DNA of 32,000 nt from Phycisphaera mikurensis NBRC 102666 (lineage in GTDB: Bacteria; Planctomycetota; Phycisphaerae; Phycisphaerales; Phycisphaeraceae): positions 2,460,001-2,492,000 of the forward strand of contig NC_017080.1 of NCBI RefSeq assembly GCF_000284115.1. Reading direction: 5' to 3'. The notes under the pieces are model-generated. The model did no database searches and was not told the origin of the DNA. It worked only from the letters and a program-made list of their open reading frames with translations. The translations under genes were made by a program, and so were the position numbers. Below are positions 8,837 to 17,269 of this stretch, piece after piece. Numbering within the stretch: the stretch's first letter is position 1; each line of letters begins with the position of its first letter.

Positions 8837-9829
8837 ATGCCCGTCCGCCGCCTCTTCGTCCACCTGGAGACCCTCTTCCTGGTCACGCTGATCAGCGTGC
8901 TGGTGTGGCTCTACGCCGAGGGGGCGATGGTGCGCAGCTACCCGCGGCAGCGGGTGGCCGTCGACTTCACGGGCCCCGCCGGCGGGCGGCTGGCGATCGA
9001 GCCGGAGCAGACGTCCGCCTTCGTGAGCTTCCGCGGCTCCGCCGCGCAGCTGCAGGAGCTCCGGGCGAGGCTCGCCGGCGGTCCGATCGAGATCCCGGTC
9101 CGCGCCGGCGGCGAGCCGCTGCAGGAGGTCGAGCTGGCGGAGCGGCTCGACCAGCTGCTGTTCACCCCGATGGGCCTGGTCATCGACGAGGTCGAGCCCG
9201 AGCGGATGGCGGTCCGGGTCCGACGCTTCGCCACCCGGGAGGTGCCGGTGCAGGTGGTCGCCGACGGGCTCGCGTTGCGGGAGGCGGCGGCGGCGAGCCC
9301 GGCCACCGCGCGCATCACCCTGCCCGAGGACCGGGTGGGGTTGCTGGAGCGGCTCGGCCCCGTGGCGCAGCTGACGGCGCAGCTCGCCGAGGGCGCCGGC
9401 CCCGCCGGCGAGGCGGCCGTGCTCACCCTGCCGCTCACGCTGCCCGAGGCCCTGCTCGAGGCGGGTGCGGAGCTCGAAACCGACGCCGCCGACGTTTCCT
9501 TCACGCTGGCCGCGCCGGAGTCGACCCTCACGCTGGACGCGATCCCGCTGCGCCAGCTCACCCCACTGAACTTCGCGTACGAGATCGTCGTCGCCAACGG
9601 CGAGAAGGTCCTGCGCGACGTCACGCTGGTCGGCCCGCCCGCCACGCTCGCCCGCATCCGCGAGGGCGACCCGGCTCACCCGGTCTGGGCCGAGATCCAG
9701 CTGACCGACGCCGCGTCGCTCACCGAGGGCAGCCGCGTCGTGCCGGTGATCGTGCGGACCGGCGGGCGGACCGGCGTCACGGCCTCGGGCTTGCGGAACC
9801 TGGAAGTCCAGCTGGTGCGGAAGCCCTGA
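8837..9829 (+). CDS. membrane-anchored protein, possibly YbbR/CdaR-like
   Basis: N-terminal TM helix LETLFLVTLISVLVWLYAEG followed by repeated beta-rich segments (VPVQVVADG..., VTLVGPPATLARI). Start trimmed to ATG 8837. Confidence 0.6.
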   Translation: MPVRRLFVHLETLFLVTLISVLVWLYAEGAMVRSYPRQRVAVDFTGPAGGRLAIEPEQTSAFVSFRGSAAQLQELRARLAGGPIEIPVRAGGEPLQEVELAERLDQLLFTPMGLVIDEVEPERMAVRVRRFATREVPVQVVADGLALREAAAASPATARITLPEDRVGLLERLGPVAQLTAQLAEGAGPAGEAAVLTLPLTLPEALLEAGAELETDAADVSFTLAAPESTLTLDAIPLRQLTPLNFAYEIVVANGEKVLRDVTLVGPPATLARIREGDPAHPVWAEIQLTDAASLTEGSRVVPVIVRTGGRTGVTASGLRNLEVQLVRKP

Positions 9830-9881
9830 GCGGACGCGGCTTACGGCCGACCCGCATCCTGTCGCTCCCCGAGGCCAGCGA

Positions 9882-10385
9882 TCAGGACCCCGGGGCGGAC
9901 CCGCCCATCGAGGCGATGTAGGCCTCGGTGCGGTCGAGTTCCTTCTTCAGGTGACGCACCCGGAGCAGGCTCTTCACGCGCGTCAGCAGCTCCAGCCGGT
10001 TCACCGGCTTGGGGAGGAAGTCGTCGGTGCCCGCCTCGACGCCGCGCTCGATGTCGCCGAGCTCGTTGAGCGCGGTGACCATCATCACGGGGACGCCGCG
10101 GGTGCGGGGATCGTCCTTGAGGCGTTGGCACACCTCGAAGCCGGACATCCGCGGCATCATCACGTCCAGCAGCACGAGGTCCGGCAGCGGCCGCTCCGCG
10201 TCCTCCATCCGCTTGAGCGCCTCGTGCCCGTCCATCGCGGTCTCGACCGTCACCGGCAGGTGGTCGAGGTAGGCCTGGAGCAGCTCGACGTTCTGCTCGT
10301 TGTCGTCGACGACGAAGATGAGGGCGCCCTCGACGCCCTCCCCGGCGGAGGAAGCGGCGGCGGGAGCGGACGGGGCATCGGGCAT
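9882..10385 (-). CDS. response regulator receiver-domain protein
   Basis: IFVVDDNEQNVELLQAYL, LPDLVLLDVMMPRMSGFEVC, VMMVTAL, DDFLPKPVNRLEL. Start trimmed to ATG 10385. Confidence 0.92.
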   Translation of the reverse strand: MPDAPSAPAAASSAGEGVEGALIFVVDDNEQNVELLQAYLDHLPVTVETAMDGHEALKRMEDAERPLPDLVLLDVMMPRMSGFEVCQRLKDDPRTRGVPVMMVTALNELGDIERGVEAGTDDFLPKPVNRLELLTRVKSLLRVRHLKKELDRTEAYIASMGGSAPGS

Positions 10386-10415
10386 GCGGTGCTCAGCGGG
10401 AGGCGTCGGAGGGAT

Positions 10416-10461
10416 CCGCGGATCGCGGGCTTCCCGCAGCTTAAACGCTCGCGGTCCGCGG
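10416..10461. repeat. 46-bp dyad element, copy F
   Basis: CCGCGGATCG-N26-CGGTCCGCGG with one arm difference; symmetry extends outward as GAT...ATC. Overlaps the 3' end of the DUF2064 gene. Confidence 0.82.
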
Positions 10462-11187
10462 ATCGGCGAGGGCGGCAAGGGCGGCGCGGAGCCGGGCGAG
10501 CTCGGGCTCGGTGGCGGGGTCGGCGGCCTCCAGCCGGTGCCGGAGCGCGGCCAGGTCGGCGGCGTCGTCGACGTCGTGCCAGGGAGGGAGCGCCGTGAAC
10601 GGCAGCGAGGCCGCGGCCGCGGCGGCTCGGGTCTGCTCGAAGACCGTGGACGTGCCCCAATCGATGCCCGCGAGCAGCGGAGGCATCGGGCGCGAGACGG
10701 CGAGCGTCCAGTAGCCGCCGTCGCCGACGGGGCCGGCGGCGGCGAGCGTGCGGCCGCCGGTGCGGGCCGTGTCCACCCCCATCGCGATCCACCACGCCGC
10801 CTCCAGCGCGTCCAGCGGCACGTCCGGGCTGTCGACGCCGAGGCAAACCGCCCCGCCCTCGCCGCCGCAGCGGCCCATCCGCTCGCCGAGGTCGCCGCCG
10901 CCCTGCGGCACCACCTCCCAGCCGGCCGCCGACGGGGGGGCCCCGGCGGGATCGTCCATCGCGAGCCGGAGCCGGGGCCTCGGCTTGAAGCCGTCGAAGA
11001 AGCGCTTCGTGCGCGTCAGCACGGCGTCGAGCATCGCGGCGTGGACCGCCGCGGCCCTCGCGGGCGGGAGCGCCGGCTCGCCGCCGGGCCCGGTGGTTGT
11101 CAGCCGCGTCTTCACGCGGCCGGGCACCGCCGCCTTGGCCATCACCACGATCCGCACGACGGCGAAACCTTGAACGTCTTCGGGCAT
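10441..11187 (-). CDS. DUF2064 / glycosyltransferase-like protein (TIGR04282-type)
   Basis: VVMAKAAVPGRVKTRL, GVDSPDVPLDALEAAW, PVGDGGYWTLAV. Confidence 0.85.
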   Translation of the reverse strand: MPEDVQGFAVVRIVVMAKAAVPGRVKTRLTTTGPGGEPALPPARAAAVHAAMLDAVLTRTKRFFDGFKPRPRLRLAMDDPAGAPPSAAGWEVVPQGGGDLGERMGRCGGEGGAVCLGVDSPDVPLDALEAAWWIAMGVDTARTGGRTLAAAGPVGDGGYWTLAVSRPMPPLLAGIDWGTSTVFEQTRAAAAAASLPFTALPPWHDVDDAADLAALRHRLEAADPATEPELARLRAALAALADPRTASV

Positions 11188-11435
11188 CCGGCCACGCTAG
11201 CGGTCGCCCCTGCGCCGCCTCCGGGCGCCTGGCCGCCACGTGGTGGGGGCTCCCGGGCGCGGGAGGGCCGGACCACGCCCCGCTCCCGCCGCGGGTGCTA
11301 ACCTGACGGCTACGGCTGCGGCGGCGGCGACGCCGGGGGACCCCCCAACACCTGACCAAGCCGCGGCCCGCGCTGGGTCGCGGCGGGCTCCGCCGCCCGC
11401 GACCCGCTCCACCGCCTCCCGCACGAGACTCCTTC

Positions 11436-12176
11436 ATGGCCGACGCAGCCACACCGATCCCCAAGCCCGGCATGCCGCTCACGCCGCCGCCGAGCGTCTG
11501 GACCAACCGCTGGGCGCCGCCGACCGACGAAGAGCTGCTGTCGAATCTGACCGGCAACACCGAGAACCACGTCCGCAACCTCATCCAGCGCGTCGAGGAC
11601 GCCGCGCCGGGCATCCAGCGGAAGGTGATCTGGCACGGCATGAGCTGGCGCTGGACGATCCAGTTCACCAGCCCGTCGATCCTGGGCTACAACGACGCGA
11701 GCGACCAGGAGGACGAGCCGGGCCGCGACCTGCTCTACACGATCGTGCCCAACCCGCTGGAGGTGCTGGTGGTGATCCCGCTCCGGCCCGAGCACCTCGA
11801 GCACCTGCCGATCCGCCGGCTGAACCGCTACATCCGCGATGGCATCCGCAACGCCAAGTGGGCCGTGGACCTCCGCTGGGTGAAGTGGATCCCCACCGCC
11901 AACACCGAGGTCGAGCACCTGCTCGACCTGCTCAAGCGGAAGGCCAAGATCGCCACCGGCGACAGCCCCTCCCAGCGGCGCTCCCGCTCGGAGAGGGCGA
12001 AGGGAAACGCGCCGGCTGAGTCCGCCGCGGACGCCGACGCCGCCGAGGAGCGCGCCGAGGCCGCCGCCGCCCCGCGGCCCAAGCCCTCCGGCCCCCGCGT
12101 GCGCCCCTCGCGGGCCAAAACCGAAGCCGGGAAGAAGCGCGCCGCCGAGCGTGCCGCCGCCCGAGCGAAGGGCTGA
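11436..12176 (+). CDS. hypothetical protein with Lys/Arg/Ala-rich C-terminal tail
   Basis: Continuous frame with a non-repetitive folded-looking first 170 residues and a low-complexity basic tail. Confidence 0.65.
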   Translation: MADAATPIPKPGMPLTPPPSVWTNRWAPPTDEELLSNLTGNTENHVRNLIQRVEDAAPGIQRKVIWHGMSWRWTIQFTSPSILGYNDASDQEDEPGRDLLYTIVPNPLEVLVVIPLRPEHLEHLPIRRLNRYIRDGIRNAKWAVDLRWVKWIPTANTEVEHLLDLLKRKAKIATGDSPSQRRSRSERAKGNAPAESAADADAAEERAEAAAAPRPKPSGPRVRPSRAKTEAGKKRAAERAAARAKG

Positions 12177-12303
12177 GCGCCGCGGTGCCGCGTCGTGCGG
12201 CGAGCCACGGCACCGGCCTCGCCCCTCGCCCCTCGCCCCTCCGAACGCCCCGCTTCAGCACCGCGGCCGCCCGCGGCTCCGGTGCGAGGCGACGCGGGCG
12301 GCC

Positions 12304-14331
12304 TCAGGCCCGCAGCCTGCCGCCGGTCTTCCGCTCCAGGGTCCGCACCACCGCGGCGACGGCGGGCTCGACCTCTTCCCGCGTCAGCGTCTTCTCGGCG
12401 TCTCGGAAGACCATCCGCAGGGTGACGCTCTTGGTCCCGGGCTCCAGCGGCTTGCCGCGGTAGACGCCGACGCAGGCAAGCGATTCCATCCGCTCGGGCG
12501 AGGCTTCGGCCACCGCGGCCGCGACGCTCGCCCAAGGCGTCTCTTCGTCGACGACGATCGACAGGTCCCGCTCGGTCGAGGGGAAGCGCGGGAGCGGCGA
12601 GCTCTCGGCCGGCCGCCGCTGCGGCCCGAGCAGCCGATCGAGCGGGAACTCCATCGCCGCGACCGGGCAGGCGAGGCCGAAGCGCTTCTGCAAGCTCGGC
12701 GAGAGCAGGCCCAGCCGGCCGCCGGCTTCACCGCCCCAGAGCAGACCGGCCGAGGCGGCGAAGCCCGCGGCGGGTTCGGCGTCGGGAACGGCCTCGGGCG
12801 CATCGACGCCGAGGCGGGCCGCGGCCTCGGCCACCAGCCCGCGGAGCGAGCGGAGATCGCGCTCGGGCTCGGGCGCGTCGATCACCATGCCCAGCTGCCG
12901 CCGCTCCGTCGCCTCGGCGCCGCGGCGGGTCCACGTCGCCGCGAACTCGAAGCTGCGGGGATCCGCGTTCCCGGCGTCCTGGTTCCGCTTCCGCACGGCG
13001 AGCAGCGAGGGCAGCAGCGAGGGCCGCAGGAAGGGCGCCGCCGTCGAGCGGTCATCGTCGACCCGCACGAGCTCGTCTTCTCGGTGACCCAGCGCCGTGG
13101 CGTCCTCCCAGGTCGCCCAAGCGAAGCACATCGCCTCGTGCCCGCCGCCGGCGACGAGCACCTCGGCGAGCGTGCGGCCGGCCGCGAGACGCGGGTGCGG
13201 CGGCCGCACGGAGACCTCCAGCCGATCGCGGACCGGCAGGTCGTCGAGGCCCTCCAGCCGGGCCACCTCCTCGACGAGGTCGACCTCGCGTTGGAGGTCG
13301 TTCCGCCAGCCGGGCACCTCCGCCTCGCGTCGCGGACCTTCGCCGGGCAGGACCTCCAGGCCGAGCTTCCGCAGGTGGGCGACCTGCCGGTCCATGGGCA
13401 CGTCGATGCCCAGCAGCGCGGAGCAGCGTGCGGGCCGCCAGGCCACGGGCGCGCGGGCGGGAACGCCGCCGCCGGCCTCGGCGAAGCCCGGGGCGGCGGT
13501 GCCGCCGGCGAGCGAGGCCACGAGCCCGGCGAGCCGGCGGCCGACGGCCTCCATCGCCGCGAGGTCGGTGCCGCGCTCGTAGCGGTGGCTCGCGTCGCTG
13601 GTGAGCTTGAGGGCCCGGGCCGTCCGCCTCGTGGTCAGCGCGTCGAACGCGGCCACCTCCAGGAAGACCTCCGTCGTGTCGGCGGTCACCTCCGAGCCCG
13701 CGCCACCCATCACCCCCGCGAGCGCCTGCGGCCGCTGGCCGTCGGCGATGACCAGCATCGACGGCTGGAGCGCGTAGGTCTCGTGGTTGATCGCCTCGAG
13801 CGTCTCGCCTTCGCGGGCGAAGCGTGCCTCGACGCGGCCGCCGGCGATCGCCGCGAGGTCGAAGGCGTGGGTCGGCTGGCCGGTGTCCATGAGCACGAGG
13901 TTGGTGGCGTCGACCACGTTGTTGACGGGGCGGAGCTTCACCGCCTCGAGCAGGTCGACCAGCCAGGCGGGGCTCGGGCCGACCTTCACGCCGCGGACGA
14001 CGAAGCCCAGGTAGCGCGGGCAGGCACGGTCCGCGGCGGCGTCGATGCTCACCCGCACCGACGCCGCTTCCCCCGCGGGCGCCGCCGCGTCCACCGGCCA
14101 CCGCGGCGGGACCAGCGACCGCCCCGTCGCCGCGCACAGCTCCCGGGCCAGCCCGCGGTGCGACAGGCAGTCGCCGCGGTTGCTGGTGACCTCCACGTCG
14201 AGCCCCGTGTCGTCGCCCGCCTCCCAGCGGCCCTCCACCGGGAAGCCCACGCGGGTGAGCGCCTCCGCCGCCTCGTCGGCGGTCACGGGGCGGTCGAGGT
14301 GACGGTTCAACCAGGCGAGCGAGGCGTTCAT
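12304..14331 (-). CDS. pheT: phenylalanine--tRNA ligase beta subunit, short form
   Basis: LDVEVTSNRGDCLSHRGLARELCA, RPVNNVVDATNLVLMDTGQPTHAFD, LKLTSDASHRYERGTD, and C-terminal FDX-ACB-like PRFPSTERDLSIVVDEETPW...LTREEVEPAVAAVV. Confidence 0.95.
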   Translation of the reverse strand: MNASLAWLNRHLDRPVTADEAAEALTRVGFPVEGRWEAGDDTGLDVEVTSNRGDCLSHRGLARELCAATGRSLVPPRWPVDAAAPAGEAASVRVSIDAAADRACPRYLGFVVRGVKVGPSPAWLVDLLEAVKLRPVNNVVDATNLVLMDTGQPTHAFDLAAIAGGRVEARFAREGETLEAINHETYALQPSMLVIADGQRPQALAGVMGGAGSEVTADTTEVFLEVAAFDALTTRRTARALKLTSDASHRYERGTDLAAMEAVGRRLAGLVASLAGGTAAPGFAEAGGGVPARAPVAWRPARCSALLGIDVPMDRQVAHLRKLGLEVLPGEGPRREAEVPGWRNDLQREVDLVEEVARLEGLDDLPVRDRLEVSVRPPHPRLAAGRTLAEVLVAGGGHEAMCFAWATWEDATALGHREDELVRVDDDRSTAAPFLRPSLLPSLLAVRKRNQDAGNADPRSFEFAATWTRRGAEATERRQLGMVIDAPEPERDLRSLRGLVAEAAARLGVDAPEAVPDAEPAAGFAASAGLLWGGEAGGRLGLLSPSLQKRFGLACPVAAMEFPLDRLLGPQRRPAESSPLPRFPSTERDLSIVVDEETPWASVAAAVAEASPERMESLACVGVYRGKPLEPGTKSVTLRMVFRDAEKTLTREEVEPAVAAVVRTLERKTGGRLRA
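13991..14036. repeat. 46-bp dyad element-like sequence, degenerate copy H (inside pheT)
   Basis: CCGCGGACGA-N26-CGGTCCGCGG: two mismatches in the left arm, length exactly 46 nt. Could be coding coincidence. Confidence 0.3.
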
Positions 14332-14362
14332 GGGGGGCGGAGGGTACCGGGCCTCCGCGCCT

Positions 14363-14662
14363 TCAATCCGGCGACGCGGCGGCGGCGGCGAGGCGTCGCC
14401 GGATCCGGCCGCGGGCCTCGCGGCTGAGCGTCGGCCGCGTCGGCCGCGGCGGCGGACCCGCCCGCACCGTGACCCGGTGCAGCGCCCGATCCATCGCCTC
14501 CAGCTGCCGGCCGAAGCGGCGGCAGGAGGTGCAGAGGCTGCGGTGCAGCCGCACCGCGAGAGCCTCGCGGACCGCCAGCCGCCGGTCGAGCGCGTCGCTG
14601 CCCAACCGCGACGCCTCGCGGCAGGTCAGCGTGAAGACCTTGCCCGGCGGCATCGGCTTCAC
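14363..14662 (-). CDS. putative zinc-finger anti-sigma-like protein (zf-HC2-like)
   Basis: TCREASRL...VRLHRSLCTSCRRFGRQLEAM; GTG at 14662 overlaps the sigma-factor stop (GTGA). Alternative ATG start at 14653. Confidence 0.7.
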   Translation of the reverse strand: MKPMPPGKVFTLTCREASRLGSDALDRRLAVREALAVRLHRSLCTSCRRFGRQLEAMDRALHRVTVRAGPPPRPTRPTLSREARGRIRRRLAAAAASPD

Positions 14663-15240
14663 CCGCCGCCCCCGCCCAGCCAGCGGAGGGCGAGGCACGC
14701 CCGCATCGCCAGCCTCGCCCGGTGCAGCCGCACCGAGACGCTCCCCGCCGTCACCCGCAGCGACGCGGCGATCTCGCTCACGCCCTCGTCGCCGCTGTAC
14801 CGCCGGAAGAAGACCTCCCCGAGCGTCTCGGGCAGTTCTGCGCGGCAGCCGTCCACCACCCGGTGGAAATCCTCCTCGTGCATCGCGGCCGAGGGATCCA
14901 CGCCCCAGGCGTCGACGCGGCGCTTCCACCGGCCGCGCCGATCGAAGAAGACGTCCTCCCCCTCGGGCAGCGCCTCGGTCGGGCGGCGCTGGTTCCGGCG
15001 GATCTCGTCGACCACCTTGTGGCGCAGGATGCCCATCAGCCACGCCCGCTCCGCCGCCACCCCCGCGTAGCCGTCGCGCCCCGCCCAGGCGGCGAGCAGC
15101 GTCTCCTGCACGAGGTCCTCGGCGCGGTGATCGTCCCGCTCGCGGCTCCGCGCGTAGCGGTAGAGGGCGTCGCCGTGGTCGTCGAGCCACCGCTCGGGGG
15201 AAGCGGGCGGGTCGGTCGTGGAGGGAGCTTCGGGCGGCAT
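14659..15240 (-). CDS. ECF-type sigma-70 family RNA polymerase sigma factor
   Basis: YRYARSRERDDHRAEDLVQETLLAAWAG (region 2) and GVSEIAASLRVTAGSVSVRLHRARLAMRACL (region 4). Start trimmed to ATG 15240. Confidence 0.9.
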   Translation of the reverse strand: MPPEAPSTTDPPASPERWLDDHGDALYRYARSRERDDHRAEDLVQETLLAAWAGRDGYAGVAAERAWLMGILRHKVVDEIRRNQRRPTEALPEGEDVFFDRRGRWKRRVDAWGVDPSAAMHEEDFHRVVDGCRAELPETLGEVFFRRYSGDEGVSEIAASLRVTAGSVSVRLHRARLAMRACLALRWLGGGGG

Positions 15241-15422
15241 GGGGGCGTCGGCATCGCTCGCCGACGCGCGAGAACGCGGTCGCGGCGAGGCACGCCCGGT
15301 GTTCGAGCCCGACGCTCGCCCCCTACGGCCGGCCGCGGCCGCGGGTTCTGCACCGCTTCGCCAAGGAGCCGGGACCGCGCGGCGGCTGGGGCGGGCGCGG
15401 GAGGCCCCGGCCGCTGTCCACT

Positions 15423-16406
15423 TCAGCCACGCCCGATGCGGGAGCGGACCGCGCCCAGGAAGACGACGCCGCCGAGCATCGCCGTCCAGATGCCCACCGG
15501 GACCACCCCGATCGGCCGACCGCCGCGCTCGCTGGCGAGCGCCACGCCGGCGCCGAGCGCATCGGCCCCGATCAGAAGCGCCGCCCCGAGCAGGGCCGAC
15601 GCCAGGACCAGCGGCCGGTGCCGCGGCCCGACGGCGACCCGGCCGAAGTGCGGGGCGATGAGCCCCACGTAGGCGATCGGCCCGGCCGCCGCGACGGCGG
15701 CCGCCGCGAGCAGCCCGGCGAGGCCGAACTGCACGGCCCGCAGACGCCCCACCGCCACGCCCAACGAGGCCGCCTCGTCGGGGTCCAGCGTCCCGACGTC
15801 CAGCGCCGGCCCGAGCCTCGCCAGCCACGCGACCCCCGCCAGCCCGCCGACGCCGGCGAGCACGACCGGCCACGACGCGGCCTCCGCCCCGAGCGTCCCG
15901 AGCATCCAGCGGGCCAGCGGCTCGCGCACGCCGGGGCCGCCGAGGTGGCCCAACAGCAGCACGGCCGCCCCGCCGATCGTCGAGACGACGACACCGACCA
16001 GCAGGACCCCCAGCGGGTCGAGCACCCCGCCGCGGCGGCCGAGCTTGAAGACCACCGCCATCGAGAGCCCGGCGCCCGCCGCCGCCCCGGAGCCGCTCGC
16101 GAGCCCCGCCCCCAGCGCCGCGCCCGCCCCGCCGGCGACCAGCGACACCGCGACCATCCCCGCCGCCGCGCCGGTGGAGAGCCCGAGCAGGTACGGCTCG
16201 GCGAGCGGGTTCCGCAGCAGCGCCTGCAGCGCGACGCCCGACGTGGCCAGCGCCACGCCCACCGCCGCGCCGACGCACAGCCGCTCCGCGCGGAGGCCGG
16301 GATAAGCCAAACCCAGCTCCGAGGAGCCGACGAGCAGCCGGGCGACGCAGGCGAGCACCAGCAGCATCCCGCAGACGAGCAGGCCGACCCTCGGACGCGT
16401 CCGCAT
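15423..16406 (-). CDS. FecCD-family (iron/cobalamin-type) ABC transporter permease
   Basis: GVALQALLRNPLAEPYLLGLSTGAA; GPIAYVGLIAPHFGR; multiple TM helices; ATGA overlap with the upstream gene. Confidence 0.92.
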   Translation of the reverse strand: MRTRPRVGLLVCGMLLVLACVARLLVGSSELGLAYPGLRAERLCVGAAVGVALATSGVALQALLRNPLAEPYLLGLSTGAAAGMVAVSLVAGGAGAALGAGLASGSGAAAGAGLSMAVVFKLGRRGGVLDPLGVLLVGVVVSTIGGAAVLLLGHLGGPGVREPLARWMLGTLGAEAASWPVVLAGVGGLAGVAWLARLGPALDVGTLDPDEAASLGVAVGRLRAVQFGLAGLLAAAAVAAAGPIAYVGLIAPHFGRVAVGPRHRPLVLASALLGAALLIGADALGAGVALASERGGRPIGVVPVGIWTAMLGGVVFLGAVRSRIGRG

Positions 16407-17269
16407 CACCCCCCCTCCCGCTCCCGCATCGTCGGGCCCGGGGCTGCGCCGGGCGCCAGCGCCTCCCGGAAACGCCGCAGCGTCCCGACGAGGTTCGGCC
16501 CCGGCAGCAGCACGAAGCGGTCGACGAGGACCGCCACCCGCGTGCCCGGCAGCCGCGTGGCGAGGCTGGCCCGCTCGGCCTCCGCCGCGACGGCGTCCCG
16601 CCCCGGCAGCAGCAGCAGCACCACCTCGGGCGCCAGCGCCCGCAGGGCCTCCTCGTCCAGCGTGAGCGCCGGCACCGCCGCGTCGGCCAGCGCGTTCACC
16701 CCGCCCGCCGCCCGCAGCACTTCGTCGTTGACCGTGCCCGGCCCCGACGCCCACACCGGCGACGTGCCGAAGGCAAGCAGCACCCGCGGGCCGCCGGGGT
16801 CCGGCGTCGCCTCCGCGAACGCCGCCCGCACCGCCGCCGCGTCTCCGGCCGCGCCCAGCGCCTCGAGATTCGCCGCCGCCTGCTCCACCGTCTCGGGGTA
16901 GGGCTGCGCCAGCAGCTCAGCCCCCGCCGGCAGCCGGAGCTGCGTGCCCGCCGGCACCACCACCCGCGTGGGCGACAGCGCCGCCAGCCGCTCCGCGTCC
17001 ACGTCCAGGAAGCTGCCGACCCGCGGCGTCTCCCGCGGCAGCAGCGCCTCCGCCGCGGGGTCGTGCTCGCCGACGCCGACGACGTTCTCCCCGAGGCCGA
17101 GGCCGACGAGCGTGAGCGTCGCCGCGGGGATCAGGCTGACGATCCGCGGACCGCCGGCTGTTTCCGGCGAACCGTGCGACGGTCCGCGGCCGCAAGCGGT
17201 CAGGAGGAGGAAGAAGCAGACGAGCAGACCCGGAGCCGGACGGGCGCAGTCGGGCAGCGTCGCTCTCAC
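16406..17269 (-). CDS. ABC transporter substrate-binding lipoprotein (BtuF/FepB-like)
   Basis: LLVCFFLLLTACG lipobox; RIVSLIPAATLTLVGLGLGENVVGVGEHD...VGSFLDVDAERLAALSPTRVV. GTG start overlaps the upstream stop. Confidence 0.88.
   Translation of the reverse strand: MRATLPDCARPAPGLLVCFFLLLTACGRGPSHGSPETAGGPRIVSLIPAATLTLVGLGLGENVVGVGEHDPAAEALLPRETPRVGSFLDVDAERLAALSPTRVVVPAGTQLRLPAGAELLAQPYPETVEQAAANLEALGAAGDAAAVRAAFAEATPDPGGPRVLLAFGTSPVWASGPGTVNDEVLRAAGGVNALADAAVPALTLDEEALRALAPEVVLLLLPGRDAVAAEAERASLATRLPGTRVAVLVDRFVLLPGPNLVGTLRRFREALAPGAAPGPTMREREGG
17144..17189. repeat. 46-bp dyad element, copy C (in-frame in lipoprotein linker)
   Basis: Perfect CCGCGGACCG-N26-CGGTCCGCGG; inner hairpin CGCCGG...CCGGCG. 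Confidence 0.85.

Noticed and set aside
12219-12241. Three tandem TCGCCCC heptamers before the 3' end of pheT.
   Set aside because: Real but only three units in a very GC-rich spacer, with no further structure; too short to support a claim.
15290-15330. Possible tRNA T-loop (GTTCGAGCCC) in the sigma-permease gap.
   Set aside because: The flanking T-stem does not pair, and no acceptor or anticodon arms are seen.
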